Of a stretch of 64,000 bases of DNA, positions 36,731 through 45,424 are shown piece after piece. The stretch's first letter is position 1; each line of letters starts with the position of its first letter. The stretch spans positions 160,001 to 224,000 of the forward strand of contig CAWCFX010000001.1 of NCBI GenBank assembly GCA_963795085.1, in the 5' to 3' direction. This DNA comes from an uncultured Gemmatimonadales bacterium (GTDB lineage: Bacteria > Gemmatimonadota > Gemmatimonadetes > Gemmatimonadales > GWC2-71-9). The translations under genes were made by a program, and so were the position numbers. The notes under the pieces were generated by a model. That model saw only the letters and a program-made list of their open reading frames with translations. It made no database searches and was not told the DNA's origin.

Positions 36731-36767
36731 AAGGGTCTCCCGGCACACCGGGAGATCCTTCTTTCTT
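36731..36767 (+). terminator. Intrinsic terminator after pilC
   Basis: AAGGGTCTCCCGG-CACA-CCGGGAGATCCTT followed by CTTTCTT. Confidence 0.8.
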
Positions 36768-36825
36768 GGGGCCTGCCTCGGCATCGTTCGGCCCTGCCGT
36801 CTTTCCCCCCACCCCAGGAGTTGCC

Positions 36826-38100
36826 ATGGCTATCTCCCGTCGCCAGTTCGCCGGTTCCATGGCTGGGCTGGTCGGCGCCGCCGCGCTGGGACGCCCCCCG
36901 GCACTCGAGCCTCCATCCGATCCCTGCGCTCTCCCTGCGCCCGTCCAGGCCTTGAAGCGGCTGACCGGCGATGTCGTTCCCATATCCGACCATGAGCGGC
37001 GCGATCGGATTGCCAGGGCGCAGCGGCTGATGGCGGAGCAGGGTATCGGTGCCCTGCTGGTCGAGCCGGGAACCAGCATGATGTACTATACCGGCGTCAG
37101 TTGGTGGCCTTCCGAGCGGACCTTCGCCGTCGTGATCCCCGCCGAAGGCGAGCCCGCCTGGGTGTGCCCCGCTTTCGAGGAAGCGCGCGCCCGCGAGCTG
37201 ATTCGCTTCGGAACCGACGTCCGAGTCTGGCATGAGGATGAGAGCCCGTTCCGGCTGATCGCCGGCATTCTCGAGGACCTGGGCGTCGGCCGGGTGGGGA
37301 TCGAGGAACAACTCCGCTTCTTTCTTCAGGAGGGACTGCGCCGGGAAGCGCCCTCGGCCGAACTGGTGAGCGGCACCCCGGTGACCGCCGGCTGCCGGAT
37401 GCACAAGTCGCCCGCCGAGCTGGCCCTCATGCAACGGGCCAGCGACATCACCATCGCCGCATTCCGGGCAGCGTTCGCGACCCTGAAGGAAGGTATGACC
37501 CAGTACGACCTGCAGGACAACATGCTGGCGGCGCTTGAGAGGGTCGGTGGCAAGGATCCCTGGGCTCTGGTGGGCTTCGGAGAGTACTCGGCGTTTCCTC
37601 ACGGCACCATCCAGCCCCAGAAACTGAATGACGGTGATATCGTGCTCCTCGATGCCGGGTGCGCGGTCGAGGGATATCAGTCCGACATCACCCGCACGAC
37701 CGTGTACGGCCGGCCAACGGCCCGGCAAACGGAGATCTGGAATCTGGAACGAACGGCCCAGGACGCCGCCTTTGCGGCCGCCCAGGTGGGAAGGCCCTGC
37801 GAGGCAGTGGATGCCGCCGCCCGGAAGGTGCTCACCGATGCCGGGTTCGGACCCGGCTACAGGCTGCCGGGTCTGCCCCACCGCACCGGCCACGGCATCG
37901 GCATGGACGGGCATGAGTGGACCTACTTCGTCCGGGGCAACACCACGCCGCTGGCCCCGGGCATGTGTTTCAGTGATGAGCCGATGATCGCGATCTACGG
38001 GGAGTTCGGCATCCGGCTGGAGGACTGCCTGTACATCACCGAGCAGGGTCCCCGGTTCTTCTCCGCGCAGAGCGCGGCGATCGACCGCCCGTTCGGTTAA
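36826..38100 (+). CDS. Tat-exported M24 Xaa-Pro peptidase
   Basis: AGGAG RBS; SRRQF twin-arginine signal; YQSDITRT, HRTGHGIG, FSDEP, GIRLED. Confidence 0.9.
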   Translation: MAISRRQFAGSMAGLVGAAALGRPPALEPPSDPCALPAPVQALKRLTGDVVPISDHERRDRIARAQRLMAEQGIGALLVEPGTSMMYYTGVSWWPSERTFAVVIPAEGEPAWVCPAFEEARARELIRFGTDVRVWHEDESPFRLIAGILEDLGVGRVGIEEQLRFFLQEGLRREAPSAELVSGTPVTAGCRMHKSPAELALMQRASDITIAAFRAAFATLKEGMTQYDLQDNMLAALERVGGKDPWALVGFGEYSAFPHGTIQPQKLNDGDIVLLDAGCAVEGYQSDITRTTVYGRPTARQTEIWNLERTAQDAAFAAAQVGRPCEAVDAAARKVLTDAGFGPGYRLPGLPHRTGHGIGMDGHEWTYFVRGNTTPLAPGMCFSDEPMIAIYGEFGIRLEDCLYITEQGPRFFSAQSAAIDRPFG

Positions 38101-38385
38101 CTACCGGGCGGCGTTCGAGTCGTCAAATCGCTTTCGGCTGCGCTCCTTCGCCTTGCGGGCTTCTTCTTCCCGGTCCCGCGGCGGCGCTTTGACCTCGAGC
38201 GAGTTGATCAGCCGCCGCGCCGCGGCGGTCACGTCCTCCACCGTCCGGTCGAAGATCGCCTCGTTGGCCCGGGACGGCTTGGTGGTGCCGCTCAGCTTGC
38301 GCACGAACTGGAGCGCCGAGGCCCGGATCTCGTCCTCGGTGGCAGGCGGCTCGAAGTTGGCCAGGGTCCTGATGTTTCGGCACAT
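38101..38385 (-). CDS. DUF2277 family protein
   Basis: MCRNIRTLANFEPPATEDEIRASALQFVRKLSG; AGGAG RBS. Confidence 0.85.
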   Translation of the reverse strand: MCRNIRTLANFEPPATEDEIRASALQFVRKLSGTTKPSRANEAIFDRTVEDVTAAARRLINSLEVKAPPRDREEEARKAKERSRKRFDDSNAAR

Positions 38386-38483
38386 GGGTGACACTCCTGA
38401 CTGGGCTGCATCATCTTAATCGGCCGGACCCGCCACGTCACTTTGGCTCTCGCCCCCCGGCGGGAGACACTATCTTTCGAGTC

Positions 38484-39311
38484 ATGATCCTCCACCTGGT
38501 GGACGGCACCTACGAGCTGTTCCGCCACTTCTATGGCGCCCGGCGCTTCAACCAGGGCAAGGACACGCCTTTCGGTGCGGTGGTGGGGGTCCTCCACACC
38601 GTGCTCCAGATGATCGAAGGCGGAGCCGACCATATCGGGGTAGCCACCGATCATATCATCGAGAGTTTCCGAAACCAGTTGTGGCCCGGGTACAAGACTG
38701 GTGCAGGCATCGAGCCGGCGCTCTGGGCCCAGTTCCATCCGCTGGAAGAGGCGCTCGACGCCATGGGAGTGATGGTATGGCCCATGGTCGATCTGGAGGC
38801 GGACGACGCGCTGGCCTCCGCCGCCTGGCTCGGCTCCGCCGATCCCCGAGTCGACAAGATCTCTATCTGGACACCCGACAAGGACCTGGCCCAATGTGTC
38901 CGGGTTGACCGGGTGGTACAGGTGGACCGCCGGAGCGGGAAAATCCTGGATGCCGCCGGCGTCATAGCCAAGTTCGGCGTGGCCCCGGAACTGATTCCCG
39001 ATTTCCTGGCCCTGGTGGGCGATGCCGCAGATGGATTTCCTGGCATCAGCGGGATCGGAAAGATCGGGGCGGCCCGGCTTCTCAATCGGCACGGTCCTAT
39101 AGAACAGTTCCCCGCGGGCGTGCTGGGTGAGGCAAGGGAGCAGGCCCTGCTCTTCAAGCGGCTCGCCACCCTCCGGACCGATGCCGCCGTTTTCATGGAC
39201 GCCGGGGAGATGCGCTGGCTCGGGGCGCGAACGTCCTTCCTGGCAGTGACCGAACGAATGGGTAACCCCGCCCTCTTCCAACGTTGCCTCAAGGCTCATG
39301 GAGCCCTGTGA
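38484..39311 (+). CDS. Stand-alone 5'-3' exonuclease / flap endonuclease (PolI 5' nuclease-like)
   Basis: LVDGTYELFR, GYKT, EADDALAS, TPDKDLAQ, ALVGDAADGFPGISGIG (H3TH). Confidence 0.9.
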   Translation: MILHLVDGTYELFRHFYGARRFNQGKDTPFGAVVGVLHTVLQMIEGGADHIGVATDHIIESFRNQLWPGYKTGAGIEPALWAQFHPLEEALDAMGVMVWPMVDLEADDALASAAWLGSADPRVDKISIWTPDKDLAQCVRVDRVVQVDRRSGKILDAAGVIAKFGVAPELIPDFLALVGDAADGFPGISGIGKIGAARLLNRHGPIEQFPAGVLGEAREQALLFKRLATLRTDAAVFMDAGEMRWLGARTSFLAVTERMGNPALFQRCLKAHGAL

Positions 39312-39597
39312 CGACGGGCCATGTCGATCTGCATGACCACCACTACGCCGGCTACCAGGGCGGTGCTGGACGATATCCGGCGGGAGACCTGCAGCGCGGA
39401 CATCGGCCAGACAGCTGGGTCACCGCCGACGAGCATGATCGGTTCACCCCTCTGCTCGGCCTGGTACCGGGACACCGCGTGATGGAGGTCGCGACGCCAA
39501 CGAGCGCGGCGTGACAACCGCGATATCGAGGGCGACGGCACGGGTGCCGGGACGGCTCGCCTTTCCCTGTGATGCCGGCCGATCGCACTCCGCTTAA
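39308..39597 (+). pseudogene. Decayed class I SAM-dependent methyltransferase
   Basis: Across frameshifts reads VDLHDHHYAGYQ / AVLDDIRRETCSADIGQ / SWVTADEHDRF..LGLVPGHRVMEVA / DANERGV..A..LAF..DA; Gly-rich motif I missing. Confidence 0.6.
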
Positions 39598-40853
39598 CCG
39601 CAGGCGGCTGCCCGGTCCAGCAACAACTTTCTTTCCTGTCCGTTTTGCGTCATCTCCGCGGCCCGCTGGAACTCCTGCCGGGCCTCTTCGAACCTCCCCA
39701 GTTTGGCCAGAAAGTCTCCCCTCACACTGGGCAGCAGGTGGTAATTCCGGAGTGACGGCTCCTCGACCAGTGGATCCACGATCGCCAACCCTTCCGCCGG
39801 CCCGAATGCCATGGAATAGGCCACCGCCCGGTTCAGCTCCACCACCGGTGATGGAGACATCTGGGCCAGTGCGTCATACAAAGCTGCGATGCGGCTCCAG
39901 TCCGTCGCGTCCGCGGTGCGGGCCACCGCGTGGCAGGCCGCGATTGCCGCCTGCAGGGTGTAGGTGCCGAGTGACCCGCCCAGGTGCTCCGCCCGGGCCA
40001 GGGCCGCGAGGCCCCGCCGAATCAGGAGCTGGTCCCACCGGGCCCGGTTCTGGTCCAGGAGAAGAATGGGCGCTCCATCCGGACCCACCCGCGCCCCCAG
40101 GCGGGAGGCCTGGATTTCCATCAGGGCCACGAGGCCATGGACTTCCGGTTCCTCCGGCGCGAGACCGGCAAGCACTCGGCCCAGCCGAAGTGCCTCTTCG
40201 CACAGCGCGGGACGCACCCAGCTGTCCCCCATGGTGGCGGAATATCCTTCGTTGAAGACCAGGTAGATGACGCCGAGGACGGCGCCGAGCCGGGCATGCA
40301 GCTCGGCGCCGCGGGGGACGTCCACGGAAATGCGGGCCTCGGCCAGGGTGCGCTTGGCCCGCACGATGCGCTGGGCCACCGTGGCTTCCGGCACCAGGAA
40401 GGCGCGGGCGATCTCCCCGGTGGTGAGCCCGCCCAGGAGCCGGAGGGTGAGGGCCACCCGGGCTTCCATCGACAGCACGGGGTGGCAGGCGATGAAGACC
40501 AGCCGCAGCAGGTCGTCGCCCACATGGTCATCCAAGGCGGCGTCGAGGTCAGGGAGTGCCGCTTCCATCCGGGTGCCGATCTCGTGACTGATCAGCGGCT
40601 CGTTGCGTTGCTGCATGCTCCGCCGGCGGAGCTGGTCGATGCCCCGGCGCTTGGCGGTGGTCATGAGCCAGGCGCCGGGATTATCGGGAACCCCGCTCGC
40701 CGGCCACTGCTCCAGCGCGGCCAGGAGGGCGTCCTGGGCCAGGTCTTCGGCCAGCCCAACGTCCCGCACCATCCGCACCAGCCCGGCAATGAGCCGGGGG
40801 GACTCGATTCGCCAGATCGCGTCGATGGCCCGGTTGGCCTCGGCCCGGCTCAT
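39594..40853 (-). CDS. ECF sigma factor with C-terminal TPR-like extension (ECF42-type)
   Basis: AEDLAQDALLAALEQWP..VPDNPGAWL, LRLVFIACHP, IYLVFNEGY, LLLDQNRARWD, SPVVELNRAVA. Confidence 0.9.
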   Translation of the reverse strand: MSRAEANRAIDAIWRIESPRLIAGLVRMVRDVGLAEDLAQDALLAALEQWPASGVPDNPGAWLMTTAKRRGIDQLRRRSMQQRNEPLISHEIGTRMEAALPDLDAALDDHVGDDLLRLVFIACHPVLSMEARVALTLRLLGGLTTGEIARAFLVPEATVAQRIVRAKRTLAEARISVDVPRGAELHARLGAVLGVIYLVFNEGYSATMGDSWVRPALCEEALRLGRVLAGLAPEEPEVHGLVALMEIQASRLGARVGPDGAPILLLDQNRARWDQLLIRRGLAALARAEHLGGSLGTYTLQAAIAACHAVARTADATDWSRIAALYDALAQMSPSPVVELNRAVAYSMAFGPAEGLAIVDPLVEEPSLRNYHLLPSVRGDFLAKLGRFEEARQEFQRAAEMTQNGQERKLLLDRAAACG

Positions 40854-41218
40854 GCCAGGGTGTCGTCCACGACGAGCTGGCGGGTCGGCCAGATCTCGAC
40901 ATGGCCCAGCCGGCCGCCCGGAAACCGCGCGGCGACCTCCACCGCCTCCGCCATGTCTGCCGCCTCGATGAGATAGAAGCCGGCCACCAGTTCCTTGCTC
41001 TCGGTGAAGGGGCCGTCGGTAAGGGAGACGAGGCCTTTTGGGAACCGCACGGTCACTGCCCGGGACGAGTCCATCAGCGCCTCGGCCTCGATGAAATGCC
41101 CGCTCTGGCGAAGCCGGTCGTTGAGAGCCAGGTGCCCCACGTTCAGCGCGTTCATTTCCCCGGGAGGCAGCGCCGCCATCCGCTCCTCGTCCAGGTAGAT
41201 CAGGCACAGGTACTTCAT
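40850..41218 (-). CDS. YciI/DGPF family protein
   Basis: MKYLCLIY..TDGPFTESKELVAGFYLIEA. Confidence 0.9.
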   Translation of the reverse strand: MKYLCLIYLDEERMAALPPGEMNALNVGHLALNDRLRQSGHFIEAEALMDSSRAVTVRFPKGLVSLTDGPFTESKELVAGFYLIEAADMAEAVEVAARFPGGRLGHVEIWPTRQLVVDDTLA

Positions 41219-41220
41219 CG

Positions 41221-41643
41221 CTACCTCCCGGGTCCGGGCCTGGCCTGCATTTCGGGGAAGCCTCTTGCCGCCGCCTGCACATCGGGCGGAAAGTCGCTCA
41301 TTTCCTGAACCTGGCGGACCTCGATCACTTCGTTGTCTCCGGCCGGACAGCGGGAGGCCCACTCGATCGCCTCTTCCTTCGAGCGCACCTGGATCATCCA
41401 GTACCCGCCCAGCACCTCCCTGGCCTCCGCAAAGGGCCCGTCGGTCACGGCCGGCGTGCCACCCTTGAAGGTGACCCGGGCCCCCATGCTCGGCGGATGG
41501 AGCCCGTCCAGGGCGAGCAACACGCCGGCCCGCTGGAGCTGCTCGTTGTATTTCATCATTTTCTCGACCGCTCCAGCATCGGGGACCGTACCCGGTGCGG
41601 CCGTCTCGTAGCCCCTGGGGATCATGAGCATCATGAATCGCAT
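41221..41643 (-). CDS. YciI/DGPF family protein
   Basis: MRFMMLM..TDGPFAEAREVLGGYWMIQV. Confidence 0.9.
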   Translation of the reverse strand: MRFMMLMIPRGYETAAPGTVPDAGAVEKMMKYNEQLQRAGVLLALDGLHPPSMGARVTFKGGTPAVTDGPFAEAREVLGGYWMIQVRSKEEAIEWASRCPAGDNEVIEVRQVQEMSDFPPDVQAAARGFPEMQARPGPGR

Positions 41644-42581
41644 CAGCGTAACTCTTTCGCCATCGGGTCAAATCCGGAGGTCGGCGTCGGGGTGCCGTCC
41701 AGGAACGGAACCAGGATGGGCATCAGGAGGTCAGTCCGGTAGAGAATAGTGAAATGCGTGGTGCCGGGAAGTATCGCCAGCTGATCTTCCGCCGGGCCGG
41801 CCATGCCGCCGTCCGGGCGGGCGCCACCCAGCAGGTGAAACAGTTCGACGGCATGTTCCGGGCGGATCAGATCGGCATCGCCGACCAGGAGGAGCGTAGG
41901 CGCCCTGACGGCCCGCACCTGGGCCTCCGGCAACGGCGGCGTTTCCAGCATGAGATCCCGCATCTTGGCCACCATCCCGGGCCAGCGCGAGGTATCCGGG
42001 GCGAGCCGCATGTATTCTTTTTCCATGGGGCTTCCCCTGAGTCCCACGGCGTTCAGCCCGGGCCACATCGCCACGATTGCGGGATAGGTACCATCCTTGT
42101 TGTAACCAGCGGACGCAACCACCAGTTTACGTACCAGCGCGGGATGGCGGATCGCGACCCGCAGGGCGGTCGCGCCACCCATGCTGTAGCCCAGGAAGTC
42201 GGCCTGCTTCACGCCGAGTGTGGCAACAAGACCGGCGACATCATCGGCGAACTGATCGTAGCTCAGCGGGCGGTCCAGGTCAGGGGTCCGCCCATGACCT
42301 TCCAGCTCAATGGCGATCACCTGCCGGCTCCGGGCCAGGGCGGGGAGGATGGGCCCCAAGGCCTCAATCGACATAAATCCTCCGTGCAGCAGCACCAGGG
42401 GACGCCCGGCACCATGGATCTCGTAGTACATCCTGAGTCCATTAATTGTCTCAAATCCTCTCTTCGCGGCCGTTGAGTCCTGTGCCGCCGCCGGTGCCAC
42501 GAAGCCAAGGAGGACGCCCATCACGAGGGCCGGAATCAGGACTCGGACGCTGTCCAGCCGGTGCAACCGTTGAATTTGCAT
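41643..42581 (-). CDS. Secreted alpha/beta hydrolase
   Basis: Signal peptide AAAQD; LLHGG, GHGRT, GYSMGG nucleophile elbow, PGTTHF. Confidence 0.88.
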   Translation of the reverse strand: MQIQRLHRLDSVRVLIPALVMGVLLGFVAPAAAQDSTAAKRGFETINGLRMYYEIHGAGRPLVLLHGGFMSIEALGPILPALARSRQVIAIELEGHGRTPDLDRPLSYDQFADDVAGLVATLGVKQADFLGYSMGGATALRVAIRHPALVRKLVVASAGYNKDGTYPAIVAMWPGLNAVGLRGSPMEKEYMRLAPDTSRWPGMVAKMRDLMLETPPLPEAQVRAVRAPTLLLVGDADLIRPEHAVELFHLLGGARPDGGMAGPAEDQLAILPGTTHFTILYRTDLLMPILVPFLDGTPTPTSGFDPMAKELR

Positions 42582-42686
42582 CTTATCGGCCCTCTCGCCA
42601 TCTGGATTGTTCCTGGGTACAACTTACCCATGCGTCGAACCAGCCGGTCAGTTTTCGACACCGACCTTCCACCCGGTACCTGCCGG

Positions 42687-42717
42687 CCCCCTTGCCCCCT
42701 TGCCCCCTTGCCCCCTT
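42687..42717. repeat. Octamer tandem repeat (CCCCCTTG)n
   Basis: CCCCCTTG x3 + CCCCCTT immediately upstream of M24 start at 42727. Confidence 0.75.
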
Positions 42718-42726
42718 TTTCTTCTC

Positions 42727-43914
42727 ATGCTCTCAGCCGACGCGCTCCCCGCAATCCATTCCGCCCTCACCTCGCTGGCCAACCCGGTTGATGGGTGGCT
42801 GCTGTTCGACTTCCGGGGGATCAATCCCATCCACGCCGCCGTTCTGGGCAATGAGATCGTCGGATCGCGCCGCCAGTACGTCCTGCTGACCCGGTCCCAG
42901 GCGCCGGTCGCGCTGGTGCACAAGGTGGACGACGAACTCTGGCGGCACTGGCCCGCTGAATGGAAGAAAATCGTGTGGGTGCGCCGGGAGGAACTGGCGC
43001 TGGAGCTGAAGGCCCTGGTCGGCGGGAAGACCGTCGCCATGGAATATTCCCCGAAGGGCGACGTGCCTTATGGGGACTATATCCCGGCCGGCACTCTCGA
43101 TTTTGTGCGGGCGGTGGGCGCTACCCCGGTATCCTCCGCCGAGCTGGTGACGCGGTATTGCTCCGCCTGGACGACGGCGGACCTGGCCAGCCACCGGCGG
43201 GCGGCGGAGCACATCGCCGGAATGGCCCGGGAGGCGTTCCGCAGAATCGGGGAGCAGGCGGCGACCGGCCAGCCGCTCACCGAGTACGATGTCACCGCCT
43301 GGATTCTCCAGGCCTTCGAGCGCGCCGGGCTGGAAACGCTGAGTGTACCCAGTGTCTCCTACGGCGTTCATGCGGCACGGGCCCACTACGAGGCGCAGCC
43401 CGAGGGATCGGCGCTGCTGGTGCCCGGGCAGCTGCTTCTGCTCGATCTCTGGGCCAGGGAGCCGGGCGGCGTCTTCGCGGACCAGACCTGGATGGCCGCC
43501 ATTGGCCCTCCGTCGCCGCGGGCCGGAGAACTGTGGAGTATCGTCCGGGAGGCCCGCGATGCGGCGATCGACCTGCTGCGGCAACGGCTCGCGAGCGGAA
43601 CCCCGGTGGCCGGCGCCGAGGCGGACCGGGCCGCGCGGGGAGTCATCGAGCAGGCCGGCTACGGGGACCGGATCATCTGCCGGACCGGCCATTCCATCGA
43701 CCGCGTCGGGCTGCACGGATTCGGTCCGACCCTCGACGATACCGAGAGCTTCGACCGGCGCCAGATCCTGCCCGGTTCCGGGTTTTCCATCGAGCCCGGG
43801 ATCTACATCCCGGATGAGATCGGCCTCCGGAGCGAGGTGAACGCCCATGCCCGTTCCGAAGGGCTCGACGTGACACCGAGTGAGTATCAGCGGGACTTGA
43901 TCGTCGCGGGCTGA
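42727..43914 (+). CDS. M24 family Xaa-Pro aminopeptidase (paralog of 2995-4176)
   Basis: DGWLLFDFRGINP, LLDLWA, FADQTW, RTGHSID, FSIEPGIY, GLRSE. Confidence 0.88.
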   Translation: MLSADALPAIHSALTSLANPVDGWLLFDFRGINPIHAAVLGNEIVGSRRQYVLLTRSQAPVALVHKVDDELWRHWPAEWKKIVWVRREELALELKALVGGKTVAMEYSPKGDVPYGDYIPAGTLDFVRAVGATPVSSAELVTRYCSAWTTADLASHRRAAEHIAGMAREAFRRIGEQAATGQPLTEYDVTAWILQAFERAGLETLSVPSVSYGVHAARAHYEAQPEGSALLVPGQLLLLDLWAREPGGVFADQTWMAAIGPPSPRAGELWSIVREARDAAIDLLRQRLASGTPVAGAEADRAARGVIEQAGYGDRIICRTGHSIDRVGLHGFGPTLDDTESFDRRQILPGSGFSIEPGIYIPDEIGLRSEVNAHARSEGLDVTPSEYQRDLIVAG

Positions 43915-43935
43915 TCCAACACCCTGGGGGGAGCC

Positions 43936-45051
43936 ATGAGCGGAGTGCGTATCCTGGTCGGGACCCGGAAAGGTGCGTTCATCCTCACCGCCGACGGGAC
44001 ACGCCGGCAGTGGAGAGTCTCCGGTCCCCATTTCGGCGGATGGGAGGTCTTCCATCTCAAGGGGTCGCCTGCGGATCCGAGCCGGCTCTACGCCTCCCAG
44101 TCCAGCGGCTGGTTCGGCCAGAAGATCCAGGTGTCGCAGGACGGCGGTGAGAGTTGGGATCCCGCCGGCGATGCCTTCGCGTACGATGGTGTCACCGGCA
44201 CCCACATGTGGTATGACGGCACCCAGCATCCCTGGGAGTTCAAGCGGGTCTGGCACCTGGAGCCATCGCTTGCCGATCCGGACACCGTGTATGCCGGGGT
44301 AGAAGATGCGGCGCTCTTCCGGACTACCGACGGGGGCCGGAGCTGGCACGAACTGTCCGGGCTGCGCACTCATGGCTCCGGCCCCCGGTGGCAGCCGGGC
44401 GCGGGCGGCATGTGCCTGCACACTATCCTGCTCGACCCCGCCGATCCCCTGCGCATCTATACGGCCATCTCGGCCGCGGGCGCCTTTCGCAGCGATGACG
44501 GGGGCGTCACCTGGCGGCCGATCAACCGGGGTCTCCACTCCCAGTACATCCCGGATCCGGTCGCGGAGGTCGGCCATTGCGTGCACCGGATCGCGATGCA
44601 TCGCTCGCGGCCCGGGGTGCTCTTCATGCAGAAACACTGGGACGTGTTGCGGAGTGATGACGCCGGCGACAACTGGCGGGAGGTGAGCGGGGACCTGCCC
44701 AGCGATTTCGGGTTTCCCATCGAAGTGCACGCCCACGAGCCCGACACGGTGTACGTGGTGCCGATTACCAGCGACTCGGAGCACTTCCCGCCGGAAGGGA
44801 AACTCCGGGTGTACCGGAGCCGCACAGGGGGCCACCAGTGGGAGCCGCTGACCCGGGGGCTGCCCCAGCAGGACTGCTACGTCAACGTGCTCCGCGACGC
44901 GATGGCGGTGGATGGACTGGATCCCTGCGGGATTTACTTCGGCACCACCGGCGGCCAGGTGTACGGGTCTCCCGACGGCGGCGACACCTGGACGCCGATC
45001 GTACGGGACCTGCCTGCGGTGCTGTCGGTCGAGGTCCAGACCCTGGCATGA
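43936..45051 (+). CDS. BNR/Asp-box beta-propeller protein (sialidase-like fold)
   Basis: LVGTRKGAF; repeated SxDGGxxW boxes ([32 protein letters not shown]). Confidence 0.85.
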   Translation: MSGVRILVGTRKGAFILTADGTRRQWRVSGPHFGGWEVFHLKGSPADPSRLYASQSSGWFGQKIQVSQDGGESWDPAGDAFAYDGVTGTHMWYDGTQHPWEFKRVWHLEPSLADPDTVYAGVEDAALFRTTDGGRSWHELSGLRTHGSGPRWQPGAGGMCLHTILLDPADPLRIYTAISAAGAFRSDDGGVTWRPINRGLHSQYIPDPVAEVGHCVHRIAMHRSRPGVLFMQKHWDVLRSDDAGDNWREVSGDLPSDFGFPIEVHAHEPDTVYVVPITSDSEHFPPEGKLRVYRSRTGGHQWEPLTRGLPQQDCYVNVLRDAMAVDGLDPCGIYFGTTGGQVYGSPDGGDTWTPIVRDLPAVLSVEVQTLA

Positions 45052-45055
45052 ATCC

Positions 45056-45352
45056 GTGATTGTCCTCGTGCTTCCCGCGCATCTCCGGACGCTGGCCCGG
45101 GTTACCGGCGATGTCCGCCTCGAGGTGGATGGGCGGCCAACCCTGGGCTCAGTGCTCGACGCGCTGGAGTCCCGGTATCCGGTCCTGCGGGGAGCCATTC
45201 GCGATCACGGAACCCTCAAACGCCGGGACTTCGTACGGTTCTTTGCCGCCGGGGAGGACATCTCGCTCACGCCCCTGGATACGCCGCTTCCGGACTCCGT
45301 CGCGCGCGGCGAGGAACCCTTCATGATCGTCGGGGCCATCGCCGGGGGCTGA
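45056..45352 (+). CDS. MoaD/ThiS family ubiquitin-like protein
   Basis: VLPAHLRTLA..LDALESRYP..VRFFA..C-terminal IAGG. Confidence 0.85.
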   Translation: MIVLVLPAHLRTLARVTGDVRLEVDGRPTLGSVLDALESRYPVLRGAIRDHGTLKRRDFVRFFAAGEDISLTPLDTPLPDSVARGEEPFMIVGAIAGG

Positions 45353-45424
45353 CCCATCTAATCCCGACTCCGCAGCGCCGCCCGCCCTCGTGCCAGTCGG
45401 AGCACAGCAGGTTACTGTTGATCC

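Noticed and set aside
42733..45198. 821-aa minus-strand ORF
   Set aside because: Antisense to three well-supported plus-strand genes.
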